From a virus: a stretch of 64,000 bases of DNA. The notes under the pieces are model-generated. The model made no database searches. It saw only the letters and a program-made list of their open reading frames with translations, and was not told the DNA's origin. Made by a program: the position numbers and the translations under genes. This document shows positions 38,216 through 47,931 of the stretch, in pieces (positions within the stretch are counted from its first letter, which is position 1; each line of letters begins with the position of its first letter). Where the stretch lies: the IMG/VR virus record IMGVR_UViG_3300040811_000687. One strand, given 5' to 3'.

Positions 38216-38644
38216 TTAAGATAAATCTTTTTCAGTTATAATTTTAAATTCAGCACCTTGATCTTTACAGTATTTGGTAGCGGCTTGCCATTTAGCTTTA
38301 TTTCGTATATATTCTAATGACTCACGCATGTAAGACTTGGTCTTTCTGCTAGTTGGTTTTTTAGGTGGCACACATTGACGTGATGGTTTAATTTCTATTA
38401 CTAACTTACTGCCTGTTTTGGTCTTTACAATGAAGTCTGGAAAATATCTGTGCCATTTGTTGTCAATAGGACTATAATATCTAATTGGTAACTCCTCACT
38501 TGCCCAATGGTCTATATTATCACTTTTATCCAAATACACCATCATACGTCTTTCTAATAGTGAACGGTATATAATGTTATTTGGATCACCAACATACTTG
38601 CTGGGGTTGATTGGTTTATATATTCCCTTAAAAGATTTCTTCAT
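38216..38644 (-). CDS. gp4: Head completion nuclease gp4 (start revised to MKKSFKG)
   Basis: NPSKYVGD, YRSLLE, WASEE, HRYFPDF, EIKP, ITEKDL. Confidence 0.92.
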   Translation of the reverse strand: MKKSFKGIYKPINPSKYVGDPNNIIYRSLLERRMMVYLDKSDNIDHWASEELPIRYYSPIDNKWHRYFPDFIVKTKTGSKLVIEIKPSRQCVPPKKPTSRKTKSYMRESLEYIRNKAKWQAATKYCKDQGAEFKIITEKDLS

Positions 38645-38684
38645 AACCGTTATAAATATACAAGTATATATAAAGGAATTAAAT

Positions 38685-39830
38685 ATGGCATGGACATCTA
38701 AAGTAGCAAACATTATCAAGGGCAAAGTAGGAACAATGATTGGCTCATCAATAGCCAATAAATTAAGTTTTGCCTCATCTGGTCAAACAACCAAAGTGGC
38801 TGCTAAATTATTAAATAAATCTCCGTTAGAGATAGGTACAACAGGACCTATGTCACACATGGAGTCTATGAACAATCCATACAGTTATGGTACAGTATAT
38901 TATCCACAAGAGGCAGGTAATTTAGGTGCTGGTCACTATATTATATTTGATGTAGTATCTCACAAGTCATCTAAATTTAAACAACAAACATTTAAGAACG
39001 GTGCTTTGACAAATGCTTCAGGAGCAGTACCTGGTAAACCAAGAGTTGCCAACATAAAAAGAAATGGTATCACACAGGCAAAAAGATTAAGATCAACTTC
39101 TTCAGGTGCTATGTCAAAAGTTGGTGATACGCACAATTATATTTCAGACAGTATTATATTATATACACCAGCAGAGGCAATGAAATTTAATTACAGTGCC
39201 AGTTATGAAGACACACAAACAGGTCTTGCAGGTGATGTGGCTAGCATGATTGGTGGTGTAATGAACGATCCAGGTTTCTTAAACAAAATTCAGGCTGCCG
39301 GTGAGGGTATTGGTGGTATTGGTAGAGAGTTGTTGAAGTCAGGAGCTTTTGCAGCTGCTAGTATAATACCAGGTTTTGAAAATAGTAGACAATTATTTGA
39401 TAAGTCATTAGGTCAGGCAAAGAACCCTAATCTAGAAACAATATTTCAGTCAGTGCCATTTAGATCATTTAGTTTTCCTTTCTTATTTGCACCAAAAGAC
39501 GAGAAAGAGAAAGATCAAGTACACAAAATTTTACAACTGTTTAGATTTCATATGTTGCCTGAACACCAAAGCGCTGCTATAAAATCAGGTTATTTCAACA
39601 CACCGTCAGAGTTTCAGATTACATACATGTACAGAGACAGTGAGAACGCATACTTACCAAGAATAAGTCGTTGTGTATTAAAAGAATGTAATATAGATTA
39701 CGCACCAGAGGGTGTTGTATCATCATTAATCGCAGATGAAAAAGGCGCACCACCAACTATTATTAAAATGGATTTAACATTTGGTGAAACAGAAATTATG
39801 ACTAAAGAAACAGTAGCAGAGGGATTCTAA
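38685..39830 (+). CDS. gp48: Baseplate tail tube cap gp48 (start revised to MAWTSK)
   Basis: NPNLETIFQSVPFRSFSF, PSEFQI, LTFGETE; late promoter at 38651; SD AAGGA. Confidence 0.85.
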   Translation: MAWTSKVANIIKGKVGTMIGSSIANKLSFASSGQTTKVAAKLLNKSPLEIGTTGPMSHMESMNNPYSYGTVYYPQEAGNLGAGHYIIFDVVSHKSSKFKQQTFKNGALTNASGAVPGKPRVANIKRNGITQAKRLRSTSSGAMSKVGDTHNYISDSIILYTPAEAMKFNYSASYEDTQTGLAGDVASMIGGVMNDPGFLNKIQAAGEGIGGIGRELLKSGAFAAASIIPGFENSRQLFDKSLGQAKNPNLETIFQSVPFRSFSFPFLFAPKDEKEKDQVHKILQLFRFHMLPEHQSAAIKSGYFNTPSEFQITYMYRDSENAYLPRISRCVLKECNIDYAPEGVVSSLIADEKGAPPTIIKMDLTFGETEIMTKETVAEGF

Positions 39831-39831
39831 T

Positions 39832-40353
39832 ATGTATTTTGAAACATTTCCATTAATGAACTACAGCAATGATAAGATCACAACTAAACAAGTAACAGAT
39901 TTATTCAGACGTATAAAAATTAAAGAGAAAATACTTGACGAAGCAAGTTTGTATCAAGAGTATGATGTACCAAATGGCGAAAGACCTGAAGATACAGCAA
40001 TGAAACATTTTGGTGATCCTCAATATCATTGGGTAATATTAATGACAAACAAAAGTCAAGATGGTTTTTATGATTGGCCATTAGATTTCAGAGCATTTGA
40101 AACTTTTATAACAGACAAGTATGCCAATCCAGACGCAACACACCATTATGAAAAGGCACAAACAAGTGGTAAAACAACATCAAATGATTACTCACACTTG
40201 ATAGAAGTAAACAGTACAGAGCCAGGTGCTTTATCAGTCTCTAATAGACAATATGAAGAAAGAATACAAGACGCAAAAAGAAAAATTAAACTTCTTAATC
40301 CAGGTTTCTTGCCTGTATTATTAGAAGAATTTGACAAATTGATGAATGAATAA
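39832..40353 (+). CDS. gp53: Baseplate wedge gp53
   Basis: YFETFP, GERPED, YHWVILMTN, DWPL, HHYE. Confidence 0.92.
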   Translation: MYFETFPLMNYSNDKITTKQVTDLFRRIKIKEKILDEASLYQEYDVPNGERPEDTAMKHFGDPQYHWVILMTNKSQDGFYDWPLDFRAFETFITDKYANPDATHHYEKAQTSGKTTSNDYSHLIEVNSTEPGALSVSNRQYEERIQDAKRKIKLLNPGFLPVLLEEFDKLMNE

Positions 40354-40355
40354 TT

Positions 40356-41846
40356 ATGTACAATCAAATAAATGCTGATACACTAACAAGAGCAGGCCAA
40401 TTTGCCTTATCAGACATACAATTAATATCTTATCAATCTTCCGATGGCGGCAGTGAGCCAAAAAAGGTAAGTGTACGATCACTAGTGCTTGAGATAAACA
40501 TTTACGAAGATATATTTTCAAAAGGTCTATCAGGTAATGTTGTATTACTTGACGGTCAAAATCTTACCAACCACTTACCACTTACAGGCTTTGAACGTAT
40601 AGAATTTAAACTGAATACACCAGGTATTGCAAAAGGTTTTGATTTCACGGCTACAACAGGTCACCCGATGTACATATACAAAATATCAGGTAGACAAGAG
40701 GCAACACCAAGAACGCAGATGTACGTATTACACTTTGCTTCTAAAGAGATATTAACAAACGAAACAAAGAAAATTTATAGATCAATGTCAGGCACCATAG
40801 ATGATATGGTCTTGGACGTTTTTAGAACTGATTTAGAATCAAAAAAGACATTAATACTAGAAGAAACAAAAGGCATACGTAAATACGTGCCAGTAGGTGA
40901 AAGACCATTTGATTTCATAGAAGGATTATCCAAGTCTGCCGAGTCGGCGAGATACAATAATAGTGGTATGTATTTCTATGAAGACAGTACAGGTTTTAGA
41001 TTTAGAAGTTTAGAAAATATGTTGGCGATTACAGATGGCGCTGCTAGACCAGTGGTCGCAAGATTTGAAAAGAAACCTAGATCAATTAAAGGTGGTACAG
41101 GTATTACCAATATCATACAAGAAATGCAAACAGTTGATGGTTTCACAATAGACAACCAGTTTGACACAATAAAGAATTTAAGAAATGGTGTTTACGCAAG
41201 TAGAACAATCAGCCATGATATGTTTAACAAGACATACACTAATTTTGATTATGATTACAATCTAGAGTTTGAGAATATATTTCATACTGAACATGATGGT
41301 AATGGTGGTAAAACAGATAACAAGTCAATTGCACCATTAATTAATTATCATGGTAAACAATTTAGTGATTTCGCAGATACAGCATTATATCTACAATCAA
41401 CAACAACCAATACACATGATAATTTTGAAGATGAACCAAAAGGCACAAACATGGCCAAAAGACTTGCACAAAGAATGGCTTTCGCTGCTGGCCAGGTATC
41501 ATTAACAGCAAGAGGTTTTACTGGATTGTCCGTTGGTGATGTAGTTGCACTAGAGATTCCGGCATACGAACCTGCCGGTGTAGACAACCCTCTAGATAAT
41601 GATCCGTACATGTCTGGACGCTACCTGGTTAAGTCCATACGACATAAAATAGACACAGCTAAAGATATGCACACAATGGCCATTAATACCATGAAGGACG
41701 CAGTAAGGGTCGCATATCCAGAGGAGAGTATAGATACATTTACAGGTAGAGAAAACGCAGAGGCCACCAACATATTACAATACGATTTAGACGACATGTT
41801 AATAACAGAGGCAAGCAAAGGAGACAACGATGGTATACTCTCATAG
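40356..41846 (+). CDS. Baseplate hub / tail protein (gp27-like)
   Basis: IYEDIF..LPLTGFE, FYED..GFRFRSL, SGRYLV; lies between gp53 and gp5. Confidence 0.7.
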   Translation: MYNQINADTLTRAGQFALSDIQLISYQSSDGGSEPKKVSVRSLVLEINIYEDIFSKGLSGNVVLLDGQNLTNHLPLTGFERIEFKLNTPGIAKGFDFTATTGHPMYIYKISGRQEATPRTQMYVLHFASKEILTNETKKIYRSMSGTIDDMVLDVFRTDLESKKTLILEETKGIRKYVPVGERPFDFIEGLSKSAESARYNNSGMYFYEDSTGFRFRSLENMLAITDGAARPVVARFEKKPRSIKGGTGITNIIQEMQTVDGFTIDNQFDTIKNLRNGVYASRTISHDMFNKTYTNFDYDYNLEFENIFHTEHDGNGGKTDNKSIAPLINYHGKQFSDFADTALYLQSTTTNTHDNFEDEPKGTNMAKRLAQRMAFAAGQVSLTARGFTGLSVGDVVALEIPAYEPAGVDNPLDNDPYMSGRYLVKSIRHKIDTAKDMHTMAINTMKDAVRVAYPEESIDTFTGRENAEATNILQYDLDDMLITEASKGDNDGILS

Positions 41847-41988
41847 TTTTCAAGATATACAGAGAATCTCCGAGTTTTCCGACCGCTCCGCTCGCTTTGA
41901 CGATAGATATTACTCTAACGGCCAATACAATGGCCATACGAGAGGTAGAACGCATAATATAACACATACCAACGTGAAAGGCAAATGA
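41830..41988 (+). CDS. Possible small protein, 52 aa (not in ORF track)
   Basis: SD AAGGAG, MVYSHSFQ...; ATGA overlap with 41985. Confidence 0.4.
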   Translation: MVYSHSFQDIQRISEFSDRSARFDDRYYSNGQYNGHTRGRTHNITHTNVKGK

Positions 41989-42239
41989 ATAATACAATGA
42001 ATAAACTGATAGATAAAATCAACAAATCCATAGAAACGGTCTCTCTGGAGGCCTTTGATAAGGCATACTCTTATAAACTCTTATATTTCTATAAGGGCCA
42101 ACAAGAAGTAATAAACACAATGAAACTTGAAGCTAAAGACAAGCTAGCGCATGTCTTGGCCTATATGGGGTATAGGTTATATCACAATCCGTTGAATAAG
42201 GCAAGGGATAAGTATAATGCGTACAAAGAAAAGAAATAG
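41985..42239 (+). CDS. Hypothetical protein
   Basis: SD GAAAGG. Confidence 0.55.
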   Translation: MNNTMNKLIDKINKSIETVSLEAFDKAYSYKLLYFYKGQQEVINTMKLEAKDKLAHVLAYMGYRLYHNPLNKARDKYNAYKEKK

Positions 42240-42300
42240 GCATTTATGACGTATAGCGTAGTGATTAAAAATAAACATTTATCGGAAAATATTTAAGCAT

Positions 42301-43449
42301 ATGGCAAGATTTATAGGAAAGAATACAGATTTTACATGGTTTTCAGGTGTAGTAGAAGACAGACATGACCCTCTCTTTGCTGGCCGTTTAAGAGTTAGAT
42401 GTTTAGGTTTTCATACAGACAACAAGAGTGAGTTACCTACAGAGGACTTACCATGGGCTATGTGTGTGTTATCAACGGCCTCACCAGGTATTTCTGGTCT
42501 TGGCCAATCTCCTTCTTTTCTTGTTGAGGGTAGTTGGGTGTGGGGATACTTTCGGGACTCTGGCCACCAAGAGCCAGTGATTATTGGTTCTTTACCTGGT
42601 AAACCCTATGATCTTGGCAATCCTAATAAAGGATTTAGTGATCCAAATCGTAGGTCGGAGGATGAGGAGGAAGAAGAATACAATCAATCAGTTTATCCTA
42701 AGGAGACAGGTGAGGTAGATACCAATAGATTGGCCGTTAATGATAGTGAGAAAGAACATACTTCGTTGACTACACGTAAGGCCGATAGAGAAAACAATTT
42801 GGATATACCAACGGCAGACTTTGATACAATAACGGCAGCCGATGGATCAAGTATAATCGCAAGTGATTCGGACACCTGGTCACAGCCGGTCATCCCTTAC
42901 TCGGCCGTTTATCCATATAATCATGTGTTTGAGAGTGAACAAGGCCATATCAAAGAATACGATGATTCATGGGAATATGATGAGTACACAAACGAATACC
43001 ACTATTACACACGTATACACGAAAGACACAAAAGTGGTACAGGTTATGAAATAGATAACAGTGGTAATATTGTAAAGTTGGTAAAGGCCAGCAGTTACGA
43101 AATAATTGACGGTGACCACTATGTAAATATCAAACAGGACTCCGACATTACCATTAATGGCCGTCATAAGATATTCATTAACAAAGATGGCTTTGAAAAT
43201 AACCATTACGACATACACGTAGGTGCCAACGCCAATATTAATATACAAGTAGACACAGGCGATATCAATATGGTTACCAAAGGTGGCCGTATCAATGTGA
43301 ACGCAGGCGGTGATTATAATGTTAAAGTAGGTGGTAATTACACATTATCAGTAGATGGTAATAAACAAGAAGATGTAGCAGGTTCTAAAACATCAAACAC
43401 AACAGGCGCAGTAGTACATAGAGGGGCTACAATAGATTTAAATCCGTAG
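42301..43449 (+). CDS. gp5: Baseplate central spike gp5 (OB-fold plus beta-helix, no lysozyme domain)
   Basis: GVVEDRHDP..GRLRVRCLGFH, DLPWA, YPYNHVFESE.GH, C-terminal IDLNP. Confidence 0.92.
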   Translation: MARFIGKNTDFTWFSGVVEDRHDPLFAGRLRVRCLGFHTDNKSELPTEDLPWAMCVLSTASPGISGLGQSPSFLVEGSWVWGYFRDSGHQEPVIIGSLPGKPYDLGNPNKGFSDPNRRSEDEEEEEYNQSVYPKETGEVDTNRLAVNDSEKEHTSLTTRKADRENNLDIPTADFDTITAADGSSIIASDSDTWSQPVIPYSAVYPYNHVFESEQGHIKEYDDSWEYDEYTNEYHYYTRIHERHKSGTGYEIDNSGNIVKLVKASSYEIIDGDHYVNIKQDSDITINGRHKIFINKDGFENNHYDIHVGANANINIQVDTGDINMVTKGGRINVNAGGDYNVKVGGNYTLSVDGNKQEDVAGSKTSNTTGAVVHRGATIDLNP

Positions 43450-43618
43450 AGATATTTTTCCATATATGGCTCGCTATTGGCCATATGGTACCAGGATTTA
43501 ATCTATAAATGCAATAACAATCATTAGCATTGTTCTTATCTTAATTTTTTTCCTGGAGGATTTTCCTGGTGGCTGGAAGCAGGCCATACCTTTCTTTATC
43601 TCGTATTACATATTAGGC

Positions 43619-43647
43619 TTGACTTTAGTCATAATACCAGATATAGT
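43619..43647 (+). promoter_or_regulatory. Sigma70-type promoter
   Basis: TTGACT-17-TATAGT; ATG 6 nt downstream. Confidence 0.75.
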
Positions 43648-43653
43648 ATACCT

Positions 43654-43743
43654 ATGGACATCATACTCGCAATACTAGTGCCAGCCATACCATTAGGTTT
43701 AGTTACTTTATTACTTCTATTTTGGAATAACGAGAAGCCCTAA
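43654..43743 (+). CDS. Leaderless 29-aa hydrophobic peptide (not in ORF track)
   Basis: MDIILAILVPAIPLGLVTLLLLFWNNEKP; ATG at promoter +1. Confidence 0.6.
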   Translation: MDIILAILVPAIPLGLVTLLLLFWNNEKP

Positions 43744-43765
43744 ACTGTCACAGCCTATACATTGG

Positions 43766-43980
43766 CCGTTTCTTATACATAACGGTGTAGTTCCGTAAGG
43801 AAAGCTCCTAGGTCCATAAGGCCTGAAACTTACATATTCACATTATAATCACTCTAAAAAGGATAAATAGTATTAGAAGCATTATGCTTTTTATATTATC
43901 CTCAAATTGATTTTTTTATACAGTAGAGTTCTTTCCTGTTTAAACGAAAGAATGACTATGGCATCCAATAAGGACATAGT
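43766..43980 (+). ncRNA. Candidate structured RNA element(s)
   Basis: Six hairpins visible in a gap with no ORF, including TTCC-GTAA-GGAA. Confidence 0.35.
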
Positions 43981-43999
43981 AAAAAATAAAAAGGATTAA

Positions 44000-44326
44000 A
44001 TGGCAAAATTGCAAAAATATGCTTTGATGGCATTAAAGAAGAAATCACCTAAAGTACCTAATTATACATGTACAGATATTGATAATATTATTACGACTCT
44101 TGGCCAATTACACGAAGGCACGAAAAAGATGACGAAGTTGCGTTTAGATGTTTTAGAACGTAAATTAGAAAGATTAAGAAGTTCTAATGAGTCGTTAAGG
44201 GATAGTGGTATCTACTGGTATGGTGTCTGTAAGAAGATTATTAAAAGTGTTAAGAACGTTAAGAAGGCCACTTTAAGTAAAGTAAATAAAAAAAATCGGA
44301 AAAATCGGAAATTAAACTCTGATTAA
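44000..44326 (+). CDS. Hypothetical basic protein
   Basis: SD AAGGA; YTCTDID..LERLRSSNESLR. Confidence 0.7.
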   Translation: MAKLQKYALMALKKKSPKVPNYTCTDIDNIITTLGQLHEGTKKMTKLRLDVLERKLERLRSSNESLRDSGIYWYGVCKKIIKSVKNVKKATLSKVNKKNRKNRKLNSD

Positions 44327-44344
44327 TACTAGGAGAGAAGTAAA

Positions 44345-44563
44345 ATGGGAGAATATTTTTTAGTTATCGTATTTTGTATGTTTGGTGAATGTCAGAATTT
44401 GGATCAACCAAAAGCTTTTGGTAGTTATGGAGAATGTTACGAACAGGCTCAAGCAACAGCAATGATGATGAATAGACAATATCCAAACAGTACAGGTGAA
44501 ATCTATTGTTTAGACAAAGAACAATACAAGTTGTATCTGGAAGCATTTGATGAAAGTGCATAA
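44345..44563 (+). CDS. Small Cys-containing secreted/membrane protein
   Basis: SD AGGAG; four Cys. Confidence 0.65.
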   Translation: MGEYFLVIVFCMFGECQNLDQPKAFGSYGECYEQAQATAMMMNRQYPNSTGEIYCLDKEQYKLYLEAFDESA

Positions 44564-44571
44564 ATATAAGT

Positions 44572-45234
44572 ATGATAGAGAATACTTTCAAAAAAAGAAA
44601 ACATGTTTTACATTATGATACAAAGGACATACCTACACAAGAACAAATAACAGATATACTTACAAAAGCTATACCTTTAGCTACCAGTAAACAAAAGGCA
44701 TTTGCTTTTAAAGCATTTGTTTTAGGACCTGATTTAGTAAGAAGTGATAAGTTACTTACTGCTTGTGAAGGTGAAAATGATGAAATGAATAGAAAACTTG
44801 GTGAACAGAATCTTCCATCTGATCCAAATCCAGGTCTATTACATTTAGCAACAGCTCCTTATACATTAATATGGACACCAAGATTAGTTGATCCTAATAC
44901 ATATCATAAGAAAAAATTTATGCAAAAAAAAGGTGCATGGGAAATGAATAATTCCTCAAGTATTTTGAAATGTAAACAAATATCTATAGAAATTGGTATG
45001 ATGTCCAAGATGGTTATGGGTGTTGCTTTAGATTCAGGTTTAGATTCTTCTTTTTGTTTATGTTATAGTAGGATATTAAGTGATTGGAAACCTTTTATAC
45101 CTCAAATTGAATTTTCTCCAATCTTAATACAAACAATAGGAAAAGCAAAATCATATTACTGGGAAATGTTAACACCTGAAGAAAGTATAGATAATACCAA
45201 TCCAACAATAGAAGACTTATTTAAATTCGTATGA
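44572..45234 (+). CDS. Nitroreductase-like protein
   Basis: KKRKHVLHY, TSKQ, GLDSSFC; late-type CATAAATA at 44559. Confidence 0.65.
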   Translation: MIENTFKKRKHVLHYDTKDIPTQEQITDILTKAIPLATSKQKAFAFKAFVLGPDLVRSDKLLTACEGENDEMNRKLGEQNLPSDPNPGLLHLATAPYTLIWTPRLVDPNTYHKKKFMQKKGAWEMNNSSSILKCKQISIEIGMMSKMVMGVALDSGLDSSFCLCYSRILSDWKPFIPQIEFSPILIQTIGKAKSYYWEMLTPEESIDNTNPTIEDLFKFV

Positions 45235-45539
45235 TAACACTTACAGATAAAGCAAAACAACATTTACAATCACTAAAAGAAAAACATAATGTTAAGTATG
45301 TGAGACTTGAAGTTAAAGGTGGTGGTTGTGCTGGTTTTGAATATGAATGGAGTTTTGATAATGAATCTAGTTCAGATGATATGGTCGTTGAAGATTTATT
45401 AGTGATTGATAGTTTATATGAATTGTATATAATGGGTATGGAGTTAGACTATAAAGAAGAAATCTTTGGTAGTAACTTTGTATTTAATAATCCAAATGCT
45501 AAAAGTTCTTGTGGTTGTGGAACCTCTTTTAGTGTGTAA
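45231..45539 (+). CDS. A-type Fe-S carrier (IscA/SufA/ErpA, HesB family)
   Basis: GGGCAGFEY, NPNAKSSCGCGTSF. Confidence 0.93.
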   Translation: MITLTDKAKQHLQSLKEKHNVKYVRLEVKGGGCAGFEYEWSFDNESSSDDMVVEDLLVIDSLYELYIMGMELDYKEEIFGSNFVFNNPNAKSSCGCGTSFSV

Positions 45540-45556
45540 CTAAATAGTTTTATATT

Positions 45557-46240
45557 ATGGAAACAAACAGTCAGAAAATAAAAGAATACACAAAAAAAAA
45601 TGGTGTTGAAGTTAAGGAAAATAGTTTCTTTGATAGAAGACATAGAAGATTAAATATTGATCTTTCTCATAGATGTCCTTTAGAGTGTTTACGTTGTGGT
45701 CGTCAAATAAGTTTTTTATTTAAAGGACTAAAAGTACCAGGTAGGGATTTAACTATAGAAGAATTTGAAAAGATAACAGATCATTTTAAAAGTATATCAT
45801 TTTGTGGTCAATATTCAGACCCTATACATCACCCAAAATTTAAAGAATTATTAGAAATATCAAAAAGAAAAAACGTTAGAGTAGAGGTACATGTTGCTTC
45901 TTCACTTAAACCAGAAAAAGCATACATTGAAGCTTTTAAAGCTTACCCACAGGCAGATTGGATTTTTGGTATTGATGGTTTACCTAAAGAAAGTCACAAG
46001 TATAGAAAAAACCAAGATGGGGAAAAACTATTTAAAATAATGTTAGAATCTAAAAAACATCTTATTAAAAAACCATTATGGCAATTTATTATCTTTAGTT
46101 ATAACGAACACAATTTGAATAATGCAATGCAAATGGCCAAAGATAATGATGTTGATTTTGTATTAATAAATTCAGCTAGATGGAGTGCCGATGATGATTG
46201 GTTAATGCCAAAAACTAGGAGAGAAATGACAGATGAGTAA
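45557..46240 (+). CDS. Radical SAM protein
   Basis: CPLECLRC (CxxxCxxC), CGQYSDP, FGIDGL; late-type ACTAAATA at 45539. Confidence 0.88.
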   Translation: METNSQKIKEYTKKNGVEVKENSFFDRRHRRLNIDLSHRCPLECLRCGRQISFLFKGLKVPGRDLTIEEFEKITDHFKSISFCGQYSDPIHHPKFKELLEISKRKNVRVEVHVASSLKPEKAYIEAFKAYPQADWIFGIDGLPKESHKYRKNQDGEKLFKIMLESKKHLIKKPLWQFIIFSYNEHNLNNAMQMAKDNDVDFVLINSARWSADDDWLMPKTRREMTDE

Positions 46241-46616
46241 ACTTGATAACAGATTAGGAGGAAAAAAAAGAAGAGCTGAAGGAGATATTGAATTGGATCC
46301 TTTATGTTTTAAAGATGAGATTGCTTTTGCAGTCACTAATCAAGGTGTATTAGTACCTTGTTGTAGATTTGACGACCCAGCAACTATGGGTGATACTCAA
46401 ATGAAACCTTTAATAGAAGCAAGTAAAATTTCCGAAAATAATACAATAGATGATATTTTGAAAAAAGAAGAATGGAAACAATTTGCAGATAACTTATCAA
46501 AAAATATAGGACCTGCTGCTTGTTTAACTACATGTGCTAAAGCAAAAAAATATACACAAGTAGTAGAGTGGATAGATACAGAAAAAGGTGTAGCAACTAG
46601 TGTGGAAAAAAAGTAA
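46233..46616 (+). CDS. Stand-alone SPASM/twitch-like Fe-S domain protein
   Basis: C...VTNQGVLVPCC...CLTTC. Confidence 0.65.
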   Translation: MSKLDNRLGGKKRRAEGDIELDPLCFKDEIAFAVTNQGVLVPCCRFDDPATMGDTQMKPLIEASKISENNTIDDILKKEEWKQFADNLSKNIGPAACLTTCAKAKKYTQVVEWIDTEKGVATSVEKK

Positions 46617-46672
46617 CCCACACCCAAACCAAAAAGGCTATGATGGCTAACTAAATATATAAAGGATAAATT

Positions 46673-47089
46673 ATGAACGATAAAAAAGTAGGATTTACAT
46701 GTAGTACTTTTGATTTGTTACATGCTGGCCATGTACAAATGTTGAAAGACGCCAAAGACCAATGCGATTACTTAATCGTAGGTTTACAAACAGACCCAAC
46801 TATAGATAGACCTGACACCAAAAATAAACCAATACAAACATTGGTAGAAAGAGGTATACAGTTATCAGCAGTTAAGTATGTAGATGAAGTTATTACGTAT
46901 CAAACTGAACAAGACTTGGAAGATATATTAACAATGTTTAATATATCAGTAAGAATTATGGGAGAAGAATATCAAGGTACAGACTTCACAGGTAAGGAGA
47001 TATGTGTTAAGAAACATATAAAGATAGTTTACAACAAAAGAGATCACCGTTTTTCATCAACGGATTTAAGAAAAAGAATTAAAAATTAG
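46673..47089 (+). CDS. Cytidylyltransferase (TagD-like)
   Basis: TFDLLHAGH, IVGLQTD, VDEV, FSSTDLR. Confidence 0.9.
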   Translation: MNDKKVGFTCSTFDLLHAGHVQMLKDAKDQCDYLIVGLQTDPTIDRPDTKNKPIQTLVERGIQLSAVKYVDEVITYQTEQDLEDILTMFNISVRIMGEEYQGTDFTGKEICVKKHIKIVYNKRDHRFSSTDLRKRIKN

Positions 47090-47099
47090 GAGAAAAAAT

Positions 47100-47324
47100 A
47101 TGAGTAATTTTGACAGTCACGACAAAGATCACGATCACGATAGATCGTATGAAAATGAATCTACAAGAGATACAACACCTATGGTTTCTATATCATTAAG
47201 AGAATATGATAAGTTAAAATCAAGAAGTGCTTTCATCACAGACAAAGCAACGATTGATATTATAGATAATCTTGAAAGACTTGTTAGAGCATTAAGAAAA
47301 CATATAATTAGATCAGAGATTTAA
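47100..47324 (+). CDS. Hypothetical protein with His/Asp N-terminus
   Basis: SD AGGAG; DSHDKDHDHD. Confidence 0.7.
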   Translation: MSNFDSHDKDHDHDRSYENESTRDTTPMVSISLREYDKLKSRSAFITDKATIDIIDNLERLVRALRKHIIRSEI

Positions 47325-47585
47325 TTATCTGTGATATACGGCAAAAGTTGTCGCCATGTTCATATGACAAAATGATTGTGGTCTTTTATAGAATTGAGTA
47401 GAGTTTCCTCTATATCTATATCTAATCTTTTTTGCATTTTTTTGAGCAGATACTTCTTTAAAGTAATTTAAATATTTAATTGGTATATTTGAAGCAATAC
47501 AACTACCAACAGGTGTTAAGTGTTTTAATAATAATGGGTTAACAACCCTTTCAAATATTTTTTTTTGTCTTGTTTTATTTTTCAT
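47325..47585 (-). CDS. Hypothetical basic protein
   Basis: Coupled in the minus-strand operon. Confidence 0.7.
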   Translation of the reverse strand: MKNKTRQKKIFERVVNPLLLKHLTPVGSCIASNIPIKYLNYFKEVSAQKNAKKIRYRYRGNSTQFYKRPQSFCHMNMATTFAVYHR

Positions 47586-47929
47586 TATACTCCTACTCCG
47601 TAATGTCTATAATCAACAATTGGCATAAAGTCATAAGCGTATTCATTATCAGGTAATGCACCCGACATTTGAACATGACAATCATTTTTCTTTCTATTAT
47701 CAAAAAAAGTTTGTAAAGTCTTCTTTAAGTTATTTGCCATTTGTTCATGTATTGAAACATTAAACTTAGCAAACAATGTACCACACATAATAGTACAATC
47801 AGTAGCACTTTCAGCTAATGCAAGTTTCATTATGTCTTTTCTTAATTGAATAGACTCGTTTTTATCATCAGCCATTTCTTGACCTTGTTGTTCTTGTAAT
47901 CTTAACTCGTTATATTTTTCTGGTGTCAT
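47585..47929 (-). CDS. Hypothetical protein (start revised to MTPEKY)
   Basis: SD GAGGA. Confidence 0.7.
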   Translation of the reverse strand: MTPEKYNELRLQEQQGQEMADDKNESIQLRKDIMKLALAESATDCTIMCGTLFAKFNVSIHEQMANNLKKTLQTFFDNRKKNDCHVQMSGALPDNEYAYDFMPIVDYRHYGVGV

Positions 47930-47931
47930 AA

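Noticed and set aside
38216-38644. TnsA-like nuclease as a transposon gene
   Set aside because: Motifs and position match the T4 gp4 head completion protein
43466-43678. Hydrophobic frame MARYWPYGTRI*SINAITIISIV... interrupted by TAA
   Set aside because: No RBS, overlaps a promoter, and hydrophobicity is expected from T-rich DNA; cannot support a pseudogene call
43786-43834. Hammerhead ribozyme, c-di-GMP or glutamine riboswitch assignment
   Set aside because: No CUGANGA core, and the conserved nucleotides of those riboswitch classes are not matched
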